A stretch of 64,000 bases of DNA from Kiritimatiellia bacterium (GTDB lineage: Bacteria > Verrucomicrobiota > Kiritimatiellia > RFP12 > UBA1067): NCBI GenBank assembly GCA_050949565.1, contig JBMNFY010000007.1, positions 96,001 to 160,000 on the forward strand. Direction: 5' to 3'. This document shows positions 49,012-60,421 of this stretch, one piece after another. Position numbers and translations under genes: made by a program. The notes beneath the pieces are model-generated. The model was not told the origin of the DNA. It made no database searches and saw only the letters and a list, made by a program, of their open reading frames with translations. Positions within the stretch are counted from its first letter, which is position 1; the number at the start of each line of letters is the position of its first letter.

Positions 49012-51407
49012 TCAACGAAGGAAGTAAACCGTGCCGTTTGGCTTCCGCGCCACGATGGCGAACCAGCCCGCATTCCACGTTTCCGATGAGGCGTCAACGG
49101 CTGTCGTGGTTTCGATGTACGGATTGGCAGGGTCAAGCGTGACCAGTGTGCCGCTCACACGTGACCATCCGCCCGAAGGCGAACCGTCGTGATGGTAGAC
49201 CCCCAACTTGTGGTCTGGCTCAATGCCCTCCGGGTCGTAGCGGAACTTGACGGTCATGCCCTCAAACGTGACCGGTGTTGGTTCCGCGGCACTGCCTGAT
49301 ACCGAGGAAAAGCCTACGCGCCATACACCTTTCACGAGGTCATGCCGGTTGTTTGAAAGACCGACCGGGATGTCGCTGCGGTCAGCAGCATAGAGTTCGG
49401 CGAAATTGTAGAACGTCCCCGCCGGATACGTCGTCATCGTATAGCGGAAGCTGTTCACGAGCGAGAAACCCGCACGTGTCGGGTAATCACCCACTGTGGT
49501 GTGAGAACTCCCCGAACAATTCTGCATTCGCGGGTAGATGAGGCGCCCCTTCCCGACGGCATACCAGCCGTTTGTGCCTGACGCATTGTTTTCGACGTTG
49601 TAGCCGACTGTCCTGAATGCGCTGAAATCCAAGTCATGCTCCTCGCCGCCGCCATCCGCGACAAACTGTCCGTGCGGCGTGAGGCGGAGTGTGTTGGACG
49701 CTACTGCACGTTTGATGCTTCCCCACCCGTGGACGCGGCTGGCCGACATGCTATCGCTTCGCCCCAGAAAGAGCGACCAGTAACCGCTACCGCCGCCAAC
49801 GAAAGCAATGGTGCCGCCCTGCATGTTCAGAAGACCGATCGCGGTTTGGCTATTGGCGGCGATCGAGAGATTCGTGATCGGCCCGAGAAAGACATTTTCG
49901 TCCACGGTCAATTGACCATACGAACCGGTCCCCGCGGCGATATCGATGCGTTGGCTGGCGATATTCGTAATGGACGCGGAATCGAGTACCTCCACGATGC
50001 CCGTCGCACCTGCACCATACCCGATCGTGAGTGATTTCGGGCTGTCGATCATCGCGGTGTCGTTCAGTGTCACTCTGCCCGAACTCGCACTGCCGCGCCC
50101 CACATGCCAATCGGCATTTCCCGCCACGCAGCCCGCGCCGTTCAGCGTCATCGCTCCGTACGCCTCGCGACCGCTCGCGACCAGACAATATGTGTTGATG
50201 TCAAGGGTGGCGTCGGTAACCGTCACACGCCCTGTTGCTGTTGTCTGATTGCCCAACGTCACATACGTGCCCGTCGACCAATCGTCGTCCAATACCAGTT
50301 CACCCGTCCCTACACTACCGACGATGATCTCCCGGCTGCCGGCCGCCATGTTGATTGTACCCCCCGGCTTCAGATGAAAACGTCCAAACCCGCTACGCCC
50401 CAGCGTAAATTTTCGCGCAACGTTCAATATTTCGCTGTTCTCGGCGTATCCAACACTGCTCGATTCGCCGCCGACAAAGAAGTCGGTCACTGTGATCTCG
50501 CCATTGTTCGTGAGCGAACTGCCCTGGCCGCGTACACTCACGATGAATTCGCCCGCGTCGCTATTGATGAAACATCCCCCCTCATCCACCGTCAAGGAAC
50601 TGACGCCGGCGGAGTAGCCGATGTAGACGTGCTTCTTCGTGCGCCATTCGCCGCCCGAGGCGATGCGGATGTGCGCTGCCGTGTCACTTGTGCTCGTGCC
50701 GCCCCCCCCAGAATGAGATTCTCGGCATTCGTCACCGTGCCCCCGTCTTCCACGAGAAACTGCTGATGATATGTGCTGTTCCCGATAGTCATGCGACGCG
50801 TCTCGGCATGGACACCGTTTCCCACGCGAAGCGGCACGTTCACGTTCTTCGAAGAGTAGAGAACCACGTCATCGCCCAATGACGGCAAGAAATTTAGGGG
50901 GTCATAATTGCCTGGGCTCGAAAACCAGTCCTTTGCCGAGTCCCAGGGATAGTCGCTCAGGCCAGCCGGTGGCTTATAGCACATCTGAGTGAAGCCCGCC
51001 GGGGTGGTGAACGTCGTCTCATTCGTGGCAGCCGGTCCGGCCGACCCCGTGGCGATCGTCCGCACGTAGTACTGTGTGCCCGGCACGAGTTCAGTCCAGC
51101 CAAATACCGCACTGCCCGCCTCGGTTAGGGAGGATGTGCCGACGGACAGAATGTCACCTTCGGCAAAAACATCGGTGGCGGACAACTCCACGGTGAACAC
51201 CGCCGATGTGTTGCCATCCCCGAGAGCCGATAGGAAGGCCGTTGTCGTGGCCGTCAAATAGGACGCCGTGCGTTCCGCAACCTCTGTGGCGGAATCGGCC
51301 AGCGTGGGCGCCTCGGCCGCGCCCGCACCCGAACACAGAAGAGCAAGCCCGCTCACCACCAACAGGCGTACCACATTCACAGGCATTACCGGTAGCATCT
51401 CTTTCAT
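49012..51407 (-). pseudogene. Secreted beta-helix/autotransporter-repeat-like protein, frameshifted at a G8 tract
   Basis: ORFs 50592-51464 and 49012-50595 join if the C8 run at 50702-50709 gains one base; C-terminal KPNGTVYFLR. Confidence 0.75.
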
Positions 51408-51683
51408 TTGCACGTCACTCCTTCTGCGCGAGCCATTACCCAAGCAAACCGTAGGGATTTGCAATCTCTTCGTCCGATATATAGTAAACCTTGTTCCCGT
51501 TAGATGAGCGCGTCGTTTCTGTCAGAAAACAGTTAGAAATTGTTTTTTGCTTTTCAACCTCAAACCGATTGACTTTCCGCCTGTCGCTCATTTATCATCA
51601 CGATACTGCGTGCTTTGGGGAGGGTCCCCTGCGCTGGAGGGCGACGATATTTACACCGAAACCGAGATGTGCTGGAGGTGCGT

Positions 51684-54631
51684 ATGCGTAATCCGTTGGT
51701 AGGGGGGGGTATCATTCTTTTTGCGGTCGTGAGCATGAGTAGCGCTCAGGAATCGGTGACGCTTCCCATCGAACGGCGCATGTTGTTTAACGAATGGATG
51801 TTTTTGCCTGCGGTTCGTACTATCACCCGAACTGGACGCATGAGGGGCCTAATCCCCCTGGTGTTGTGCCGCCACGCCGCATGTTGTTGCCCGGAACGAA
51901 TCACTATCATGCGGCGGGATGGCGGTTGACGGCGTGCCGCACCGGCACATCGGCGGGGCCGACGGGGCAGGGCGTTAATTTCATTCCGCCGCTCTCTTAC
52001 AACCCCACGATCCAGACAAACTGGCAGGCGAATTTGCAAAACACCTTGGATGCAAAAATCGAGAGCCCGTTCTACCGGAGGGTATCGGCACCCTCTATTT
52101 TGAGGCCATCAACGTGTTCTCATCCTACCCGACTGAAATCACCGTTGAGATCGCCACCAATATGCTGGAGTATCTGTATCTGGGGGGCGGCGTCACAAAT
52201 GTCATGTACCCGGTCGTCAGAGCAGTTTTCATACAATTGGCAAGTCCTCGACGTGTTGCCCCTTGCGGCGGCATCATCTAACGATTTTACGCGCTATCAA
52301 CGGTTGTTGCAGTGCCGTACGCCGGCCAGATTTCGTATTCGTAGAACGGGAGACGTATACTCTACACAACCGCTAGACAATGCGCTTACCGCGATCGATA
52401 ACATCTGCGCCTCATATCCCCCGGCGGATGTCGTGTTGGTTCGTCCGGCCGTGGTCTTCAAGCCGGGGTATCCCGCCACCGGTGAGCCGTGTGTGATCCG
52501 GTGCGAAGTTAGTTGCGTGGGGACAAACTGGAATGAACGGACCGATCATACGAACCGCGCGATGACGGTTCACTATAGATGGCGGTATCTGGACCAGATG
52601 TCCAACGCATGGGCCAGTGTACCGATGAGCTATGTTGCGGGGTCGGGCGTCGGCGATGGCGAGATGTATGAGGCGACCTTGCCCGCGCAGGCCGATATCG
52701 GCGATCTGGAGTATTTCTTTGAATGTGACTTTGAAGGGTATCGTTATAGGCACCTTGATTATACGGGCTCGGGCTATGCGTACACGACGGAGTGGCTGTC
52801 GCCCCGTATTTTGCGCGGCGACACGGCGGTGGAGGGCGGGCGCGAGTTTTACACGCGGTTGCGGCCCATGGCCTCGTCCTTTGGCGAGATGCTGCTGGTG
52901 GTCGGCGAATCGGGCGCCGAACAGACGACGGTGGTTATGACGCCGCTTGAAACCGGACGCTGGCGCGGTATCATCCCGCTTGCGGGCCGAGCTCCTACCA
53001 ACATCTGCTTCTACCTGCGCGGCGAAGGCCAGTATGACGCGGTCGCCGATGCCTTCCTGCCCGATCCGGTGTATTGGAGCGACGCATCACAGACGGTACC
53101 TTCTCCCTTGCCGCTGACAGGCACGTGTGACAGCGGTGCCGTTCCGCCGAATCACCGCATCCGCATCGCAACGGCCGGAAGCAGTTGTGTGGAGGTCTTG
53201 TTTGATGAGGTGTCCGGCACCTATTGGACCGCGCGCGCGGAGTACCAGAATTTCAACAGCCAGACGGCGGACACGGATCCGATTCAAGATCGTGATCAGC
53301 CTTTCCTGCAATCGCCAGCGCTCTCCTTCCCGTTGGGGTCGCTCACATTCATGGCCCGCGCCTACGACGTGGCGTCTCCGGCGCGGATCGCGGTGTATGC
53401 GTCGACCAACGGATGGGACGCGCCCGCCGAGAGTTGGTTTGAGGTACATGCGTTCTCCGGCATTGCGCACGTTCCATACCGAACCTACCGATTTGTACCG
53501 GCGACGCCGGTGCAGTATGACGCGATCCGCTTGGTGGTTGCGGCGGATGGATCGTCGGGGCGGGCTTGCGTGGATGAGGTGGTGATCAGCGAGCTGGGGG
53601 CTGCGGGGGTGCCGCCTAGCGTGAAGGTGTTCGTCCCCACGGAGCCGGTTTCGGAACTCGCGGGGACAGGGGCATATATAAAGAAACGCTTGATTGTCAG
53701 ACTCTCGGAGCCCTATGCGCAGGATGTGACGGTGCGCTTGGATCTTTCGCCGGATGCCAATGCGCAAAATGGTTGCCTTGGCTTGTCGCAAACCAACTTG
53801 GTCTTCGCGGCCGGTGCGGAAGAACAGGTTGTCGACATTGGCCCCCTGGACGGCACGGCTCTTTCGGCAACGGATGGCTTTACGGTCACGCCAGTGGTTG
53901 TGTCGCCGGTTGCCGCGCAGCACCACTACTTGTCTTTGGTCGCGGTTGCGGTGCGGGTCCTAAACGAGGCCCCCGTGATTGTTGAGCCAGCCGGTGGCAT
54001 CGCATCGCTGCCCGCGTCGTTCTTCGTCCAGAGCGGACAGCCGCATTCCTTCTTCTGGAACGTAACGGATGCCGCAGCGGACAGCAGTGCCGATGTGGGG
54101 AGTGGAATGAAGATCACATGGCACTTCGGCGATGATACGTGGTCGGTGGCTTGGGGGGCAAGCGGCACGATCGAGCATACGTATGCCAACGTGGGTGACC
54201 GGGTGGTCAGAATGATAGCAGAAGACAAGGACGGCGGTTTTGATGAAGTTCAGTTTAGAGTCAGAGTCGCGACAGAACCCGTGACACTGTCGACCCCGGT
54301 GCCGGTTCCCCTCGCATGGTTGGATCTGTATCCGTCGGCGTTGGCAGCGGCTGGCGGCAATTACGAGTCGGCGGCGCTGGGCGACGTGGACGGCGACGGC
54401 CATACGACTTGGCAAGAGTATGTAACCGGCTCGGATCCGACGAACACGCTCTCTATCCTCCGCGCCCACATCACCGTTGACGGCGGGACGGCGCAGGTCA
54501 CATGGACGCCGGATCTCGGCCCGGTCGCCCGGTGCTACACGGTTGAAGGCAAGACGAACCTGACGGATGGGGTTTGGCTGGAAAGTGGACCCGGCATGCG
54601 TTTCTTCAGGGTCAGGGTGGCGTTGCCGTAA
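51684..54631 (+). pseudogene. Secreted PKD-domain protein with several frameshifts
   Basis: Signal peptide MRNPLVGGGIILFAVV is out of frame with ORF 51794; out-of-frame segment EGIGTLYFEAIN... at ~52078-52220; WHFGDD PKD; DVDGDG..WQEYVTGSDP; C-terminal FFRVRV. Confidence 0.72.
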
Positions 54632-54633
54632 AG

Positions 54634-54917
54634 GTGAGAAACGGGATCGTGTTTTGACGCGAGACAGTCGAGGGGTGCAAAGCGTTTTCGCGGTGCGGTA
54701 AGGTGCCGCCGTGGCAAGGCGAACGAGACACCGCGGACAGGATGGACGGCGTGGCTGAAAACACGAAATGTCTAATGTCAAACGCGAGACAGTCGAGGGG
54801 TGCAAAGCGTTTTCGCGGTGCGGTAAGGTGCCGCCGTGGCAAGGCGAACGAGACACCGCGGACAGGATGGACGGCGTGGCTGAAAACACGAAATGTCTAA
54901 TGTCAAACTACGACCCC
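54634..54917. repeat. MITE/REPIN-like element with a 125-bp internal tandem duplication
   Basis: 54657-54781 repeats at 54782-54906; ends GGGATCGTGTTTTGAC and AATGTCAAACTACGACCCC. Confidence 0.88.
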
Positions 54918-55361
54918 GGTAACCTGGAAATCATTGATGCGGAATTCACGCCTGAGTTCCTTAAGATTTCACCAAGTGCATTAGCGATGGATACCGTGCT
55001 TTCGGCGTCGAAGCGTTATTATCGAGACTGCGGAAAGTGGCCTGATCTCGGCGAAGGACTTGCGTCACTCGTTCAGGAGGATCATGTAGAAGGATGGAAC
55101 GGGCCGTACATTCCTCACCGTCTTTTGAGTGACGGGTTTCTTTGTGACTCGTGGGGAAATCAATATCGGATTCTTATGACGCAAACACGGCTGTCTCTCG
55201 TCTCTGCTGGGCACGACGGCATGTTTGAAACTAGTGACGACATTGTTGGTTCTGTCACGCTCGAATCCGGAACAGTGATTGAAGCAAATGTGAAGGGCTT
55301 AACACAGAACGAAAAATTTGTCTTCCCAAGTTCACAAGAGGAGTTGTCATGTCGAAATTGA
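54918..55361 (+). pseudogene. GspG/T2SG-like C-terminal domain, probably 5'-truncated
   Basis: GLASLV..WNGPYI..DSWGNQY..SAGHDG..SDDI; no prepilin N-terminus. Confidence 0.65.
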
Positions 55362-55735
55362 TCGCGGGGGTTTCGATAGTGGTGGGCGGTGGCTTGCTAG
55401 CTGTTGTCCATCAGGACGTGACCGGGATATCGACGGATATGATCCCGATCGGGGTGCGCTTTTTTATTTACCCGCTCGCTGTTCTTGCATACCTCACAGG
55501 CTCGGGCATCTGCCTGTTTTCCTGTTTCAGTCGCTCCCGAAGACATTTATGGTCTTTTGCCGGGATAACGATCAACCTCATTTCCATGATACTCCTGCTT
55601 AGCACATGGCTTTTGATCATTCGCCTCTACGTTCTGCCACTAGGAAGAAGCACATGCGATCAAGGTGAAATTGACGGGATATTAAGGAGAAAACCATGGC
55701 AAAACGTATGCAAGCCATACTTTCGGTGTTTGTAA
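55349..55735 (+). CDS. Hypothetical membrane protein
   Basis: Three hydrophobic segments; GAGGAG RBS. Confidence 0.6.
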   Translation: MSKLIAGVSIVVGGGLLAVVHQDVTGISTDMIPIGVRFFIYPLAVLAYLTGSGICLFSCFSRSRRHLWSFAGITINLISMILLLSTWLLIIRLYVLPLGRSTCDQGEIDGILRRKPWQNVCKPYFRCL

Positions 55736-56280
55736 TGGGTTGTCTCGTGTTTCTGGGGTGTTCATCTCCGCCCAAGAACGTTTTCTATTTACGGGACGAG
55801 ACTAACGGTTTCATACAAGGGCCGTTCTTCACTGAAGAGAACGTGACACCGGGGCTTCATACGCTGAGGGCTGTTTTTCCAACAGACGAGGAATTAGCGA
55901 CCCTGGAAACGTTGAGGACGACTGTCGTTAGGTTCCAGCCGTTCTGTCTTGAAATTGAAGAGGTGATCGAGTATCTAAACGATGCGTTAAATGGGGCAAA
56001 CGATGCCCAAAGCAAAGTCAGCATCAGGGTGGAGTTTCCGCCGTCGTGGGACTTGCCCCAATTTTCAGCAGAAGAGTTGAAACGATGGGGTTACAAAGAA
56101 GGCTTTGGTGGTTCACGAAAATCAAACCTGCCGAAGGTGTCACTCAACACCGCCGGAGAACTTTCTGTTTACAACATATTACATGCGCTGCCGGTGATAT
56201 GGTCGATACCGATCCGGTTTTCGATTGATGGAGAGACCGCTGTGTTGACAGTCGCCGATTATGATGATGTCTGTTATTGA
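55696..56280 (+). CDS. Hypothetical lipoprotein
   Basis: AGGAG RBS; signal peptide ending FLGC. Confidence 0.65.
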   Translation: MAKRMQAILSVFVMGCLVFLGCSSPPKNVFYLRDETNGFIQGPFFTEENVTPGLHTLRAVFPTDEELATLETLRTTVVRFQPFCLEIEEVIEYLNDALNGANDAQSKVSIRVEFPPSWDLPQFSAEELKRWGYKEGFGGSRKSNLPKVSLNTAGELSVYNILHALPVIWSIPIRFSIDGETAVLTVADYDDVCY

Positions 56281-56334
56281 ATGTGTTTCACTACATGACT
56301 TCAGGAGAAAATGAGATGGAGGTAAAAGCAGAAA

Positions 56335-56988
56335 ATGAGCACCAATATTTTTCAAAAACCAAAGAAAGTCAGGAAATGTTTCCGTTTGTTTTTTTTGATA
56401 TTGTCGTTGGCATTGCTTGCCACAACAGTGAAGGCATACCTCTCTGTCCGGCTGGAACTGATGGAGGCACGTGGCGTTTTGTCGGATGTTCTGTTTAGCA
56501 CATGTGTGATCAGCAAGGCCCTTGCAAAAGGAGACGTCGACAAAGCGTTGGCGCTTTCGATAACGAACCAACTTAAAGGGATTCAATACGCGATTAGACG
56601 TGATGTAAAAGATGCCGACATTGATCTGGCAACGGATTTTTGTTTTAGGGAAGGGAGGCTGCCTCTTAACGATGAACAACGTAGTTTTTATTTTGCGTAT
56701 GCGAAGAACTACAGGAATTGGGAATGTTCTGGATGGCTTGGCAACAATCATCCCTTAATGGTTCAGATGATGGATGTTCTATATTACTATTGGGCCGATT
56801 GCCGTCCGAGGTGGACAACATGGAAACCCCGCGATTACGCGACAAACATCAAAGTCGGCTCACCGCAGGAACGCTTGAGGAAACGCCAACCCTGTTTGGA
56901 AGACCAAGTGTCGATCGACGAAAAGCTGCGCCGAGCGCTCGAAAAAGTGGGCGCTGAATCCGACTCGGACGAGGAGAGTGAAGACTAG
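56335..56988 (+). CDS. Hypothetical protein with an N-terminal TM anchor
   Basis: GGAGG RBS; basic then hydrophobic N-terminus. Confidence 0.65.
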   Translation: MSTNIFQKPKKVRKCFRLFFLILSLALLATTVKAYLSVRLELMEARGVLSDVLFSTCVISKALAKGDVDKALALSITNQLKGIQYAIRRDVKDADIDLATDFCFREGRLPLNDEQRSFYFAYAKNYRNWECSGWLGNNHPLMVQMMDVLYYYWADCRPRWTTWKPRDYATNIKVGSPQERLRKRQPCLEDQVSIDEKLRRALEKVGAESDSDEESED

Positions 56989-57015
56989 CATTAGACAAGA
57001 CTTGTGGTTGTCACC

Positions 57016-57170
57016 GTGAGAAGCGGGGTCGTATTTTGATATTGGGTTGCGATGCGAAGCGTTTTCGCGGTGTGGTAAGGTGTCGCCGTGGCAAGGTGAA
57101 TGAGGCACCACCGGAAGGATGGACGGCGTGGCTGAAAACACGAAATGTCTAATGTCAAACTACGATCCCC
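57016..57170. repeat. MITE/REPIN-like element, second direct copy
   Basis: GGGGTCGTATTTTGATATT...AATGTCAAACTACGATCCCC; body similar to 54634-54917. Confidence 0.88.
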
Positions 57171-57206
57171 AATGACTCATTCTTGTCTTCTTCCCCCTCC
57201 AGTCGC

Positions 57207-57408
57207 ATTTCCACATATTGAAAGGTGTGGAAGTGAGGGAGCGGCAGCCAATACAGGGGGGGAAATATCGAAAACCCTTTATTTACTACTGTTTTCCGTA
57301 CTATCGGCTTCCATTTTCTCTCTGGCTACTTTTCCACACCTTGAAAGGTGTGGAAGTAGAGTGGGGCGTTTTTGGAGGTGGTTTTTTACGCAGAGACGTA
57401 GGGGTTGG
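57207..57408. repeat. ~200-bp repeat with two TTCCACA...TGTGGA palindromes, copy 1
   Basis: Direct copy at 60579-60784. Confidence 0.88.
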
Positions 57409-57478
57409 TTTTGTTTTTCCCAATCGAACAGCACAGTAGGGCGGGACGTCTCGGACCGCTCATTACTTGAGACGCCGC

Positions 57479-57507
57479 TTGACCCCAGTAATCAGAATGA
57501 ATACGAT
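57479..57507 (+). promoter_or_regulatory. Recurrent sigma70-like promoter, copy 1
   Basis: TTGACC-17-TACGAT. Confidence 0.7.
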
Positions 57508-57580
57508 TTTGACTGAACGGAGGGGCCTGTCCGCCTTTATGAGGCAGACTTAAGAACACTGTTCAGAGCAGAGGATAAAA

Positions 57581-58252
57581 ATGGATGATGCAACAAGCAA
57601 AACCATCGGCATTTTTGCTTTTATGTTCCTGCCGTTGATTGTTTCAGTCATCGTGTTTCTACTTGGCGATGGCTTTAAGCGGCGGATCTCATCTGGCCTT
57701 TCAATACTGTTTTCTTTGATCTTATGGGCCTATGTCTGCAAAGTGACTGCAAATCCGGAATATATGTTTCCCATTTTGCATGCTATCTATCCCATAGTCT
57801 GCGCAGGCGCTTTTGTTGTGTTTTTCATATTTGAGCTGTTCTTTTGGTATGTTGTAAAGAAAAGGCGTATCGCCAAATTGAGAAAACATCTCCAAATGCA
57901 AGGCAAGCTTGGGACCACAGACTTTATTGCGCAGGTGTCGATAGATGACGTTGGACGGCTGCGTATCGCGCCAAGAACACAATCCTTTCCAGCCATACAG
58001 AAAGTGTATGACGATATTATGTGGGATGCTGAGCGGCATGACCTTTGCCCGGCAAAACGGCATGAGTGGGGCTGTCTAAGGTGGTGCCGACACATAATAA
58101 AGGGGGTGGCATCGTCATATGGGTGCACGCTTGCGCTTCATCCTGAAACGCACTGGGTGGATGTCCCGTCAAGGCTGAAGTCTGACATTGAAAGTCTGCT
58201 CAAAAAATCATGGGAGCGTCATGTTGATGACAACATCAACCGAGTCGGTTAA
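57581..58252 (+). CDS. Hypothetical membrane protein (cassette-like gene)
   Basis: Three N-terminal TM segments plus a soluble domain; GAGGA RBS. Confidence 0.7.
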   Translation: MDDATSKTIGIFAFMFLPLIVSVIVFLLGDGFKRRISSGLSILFSLILWAYVCKVTANPEYMFPILHAIYPIVCAGAFVVFFIFELFFWYVVKKRRIAKLRKHLQMQGKLGTTDFIAQVSIDDVGRLRIAPRTQSFPAIQKVYDDIMWDAERHDLCPAKRHEWGCLRWCRHIIKGVASSYGCTLALHPETHWVDVPSRLKSDIESLLKKSWERHVDDNINRVG

Positions 58253-58266
58253 CCGAAGAACGATGC

Positions 58267-58295
58267 TTGACCCCGGCAGGCAGAACTAATATGAT
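58267..58295 (+). promoter_or_regulatory. Recurrent sigma70-like promoter, copy 2
   Basis: TTGACC-17-TATGAT. Confidence 0.7.
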
Positions 58296-58331
58296 CCGTT
58301 AGCTTCAGGACATGAACAAATTACAGAAGAT

Positions 58332-59896
58332 CACTAGCATCCCATAGGCGGGATAATTCACCCTTACCCATGTGGATTTGCTTGGATTTTTGATGTCTTT
58401 TTTGAGGTTTCAGGTTAGAGGTTTTCCCGGAGCGACCGGCCGTTTCGCGTTTTTGTTGGGTTTTACGGCCCTGCTGTCCCATAGTCGAGCCGCCAAAAAT
58501 CGAAAAAGGCCTGTAAAGGCGGGGGTTTTTCGCGGGGTTCACCAGGTTTTGGCCGCGGTGCTGTCCCATAGATTTTGAGGATCTCGACCAGGTCGCGCTT
58601 GACCCACACCGCCGCGCGCACGACGCCCGCGAGGCGCGAGAAGCTCAGCTCCCAGTCCGCGACATGGCTCATGAACCGCAGCAGGAGATGCACGAGCATC
58701 CCCGTCCAGATCTGCCACTTGACCGCGTTCTCGTTGTAGCCGACGAAGTCGCGGATCTGGCAGGTCTGCTTGAGTTCCTTGAAGAACAGCTCGACGGCCC
58801 ACCGCGCCCGGTACAGTTCCGCGATGGTGCGCGCGCTCCAGTCGAGGTTGTTCGTCAAGAAGGTCATCTCCTTCATCTTGCCGTCCACCTCGACGTTCGC
58901 GGTCACGCGGCGCAGGGGGACGGGATAGAGCTTCTTGGAGCGGGCGAGGGCGGGCTCGACGAGTTCGTCGCCGACGATGCTCGCGTCCCGGTTCTCCGGC
59001 AGGCGCCTGACGCGTTTGAACTTCATGTTCGTTTTCTGCCTGACCACGAAGAAGATGCCGCGGGCTCGCAGGCCGTCGAGGAAGGAGAAGTCCGTGTAGG
59101 CGCGGTCGGCGAGGCACACGTCGCCCGCCTTCAGCCCGGCGCAGAGCGTCTTCGCCCGGGTGGAGTCGTGGTGGCCCGCGTCCTCCACGACGGCGAAGGC
59201 GGGCAGGCGGCTGCCCACGTCGAGGTTCATGTGCAGCTTTGCCGCCGCCTTCTTCCTGCGGTGCCGCGCCCAGTCGATGCAGTTCAGGCACAGCCTGATC
59301 GTGCTGGAGTCTATGGCGAAGATCCCGCGCTTCATCCGCGCTAAGAAGCCCTTATGCCTTTTGTACTGCCCGAACCCCGGACAGACGGAGACCAGATGCT
59401 CGAAGACTTCCCAGTACAGTCGCTCGGCCATGGCCGCGTCACGGTGCCGGTTCGCGTTGGAAAACGTGTTGCGTTTCGGCGGCTGCGCACCCCGGATGTT
59501 GCGCCACTCGCCCTCGTGGACGCGCGCCGCGTCCACGATCCCGTTGAGGCTGTCGCAGCCCGCGAGCTGCCCGTACATCAGCGCGACAACGTGGCTCACG
59601 GCCGACCACTTGCGGATGTCGAGCTTGTGCCCGTCGGCGAGCCGCTGGATCATCCCGGGAGGAATCCATTGGACGAGCTGCCGCAGCACGGTGTATTCTG
59701 TCTTCGTCGGCTTCGGGGGCGTGGCCCCGAGCAATTGGGGTATCAGCTCTTTCATGCGCCTGTAGGCTACAGGCAATCGCCTCCGAAGCCGACACTTTTT
59801 TGCGAAATTTCGGGGTTGACGGTTTTCGCCCCCCCAGCATAATAAGTGCCAATCATGGGGACCGGTGTTGCCGGTCTGCCCTATGGGATGGTAGTG
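58332..59896 (-). mobile_element. IS4-family insertion sequence (1565 bp, CACTA ends)
   Basis: IRs CACTA(G/C)CATCCCATAGG; 9-bp TSD ACAGAAGAT (58323-58331 and 59897-59905). Confidence 0.93.
58463..59755 (-). CDS. IS4-family transposase
   Basis: IDSSTI, ADRAY, LYRARWAVELFFKELKQ; start (MKELIP) uncertain. Confidence 0.92.
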   Translation of the reverse strand: MKELIPQLLGATPPKPTKTEYTVLRQLVQWIPPGMIQRLADGHKLDIRKWSAVSHVVALMYGQLAGCDSLNGIVDAARVHEGEWRNIRGAQPPKRNTFSNANRHRDAAMAERLYWEVFEHLVSVCPGFGQYKRHKGFLARMKRGIFAIDSSTIRLCLNCIDWARHRRKKAAAKLHMNLDVGSRLPAFAVVEDAGHHDSTRAKTLCAGLKAGDVCLADRAYTDFSFLDGLRARGIFFVVRQKTNMKFKRVRRLPENRDASIVGDELVEPALARSKKLYPVPLRRVTANVEVDGKMKEMTFLTNNLDWSARTIAELYRARWAVELFFKELKQTCQIRDFVGYNENAVKWQIWTGMLVHLLLRFMSHVADWELSFSRLAGVVRAAVWVKRDLVEILKIYGTAPRPKPGEPREKPPPLQAFFDFWRLDYGTAGP

Positions 59897-60361
59897 ACAG
59901 AAGATCATCCTGATGGCAGCGTTTCTGATGAGCGCGTGTGCGCTTCTTCGGACATTTTCTTTGTTTCCCGTCACGAGGATCAACAATGAAAAGGATTCGC
60001 CTTTTGCGGCTGCGACCGCAACTTACATGAGGAATTGCCTGCGCGAGATGACCCGTCAGGGGAGTGCCGTGCACTTTGTCTTTCCCGAAAACAGTTACGG
60101 CATAATGGTGGAGACCACGCCTAACACAAACTATCCAAACCTGAAATATCCCAGATGGACCGGCGATTTTGTCTTGGGGGTTGGCGAATCATTCAGGGGT
60201 CGCCCGGATCATCATTCCAGCGGAAGATATACGCTCAAAGCGATTGAGCCGACCGGTGTCGTACTGGCCTACGACACCAGATTTGACCACAGGTCTTTCG
60301 GTAAAAATCTGATCAACGTGAACCGAGGCGAACTTCGGATTCCGTGGAAGAACAAGGAAGA

Positions 60362-60421
60362 GGCCAACAAGCTGCCGGAAGGTACACGCTGACGTGCCGT
60401 TCCTCACCACTGACATTGAGT
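60362..60421 (+). other. Degenerate attC-like site (60 bp)
   Basis: GGCCAAC-5 nt-GCCGGAAG...CCTCACC-6 nt-ATTGAGT (GTT altered to ATT); central hairpin; overlaps the gene end. Confidence 0.45.

Larger units (their letters stand above)
58312..60392 (+). pseudogene. Exported hypothetical protein interrupted by an IS in codon 7
   Basis: Removing the IS and one TSD gives MNKLQKIILMAAFLMSACALL..., in frame with ORF 59913-60392. Confidence 0.8.

Noticed and set aside
54657-54907. Possible CRISPR array
   Set aside because: Two 125-bp tandem units without unique spacers; no cas genes seen
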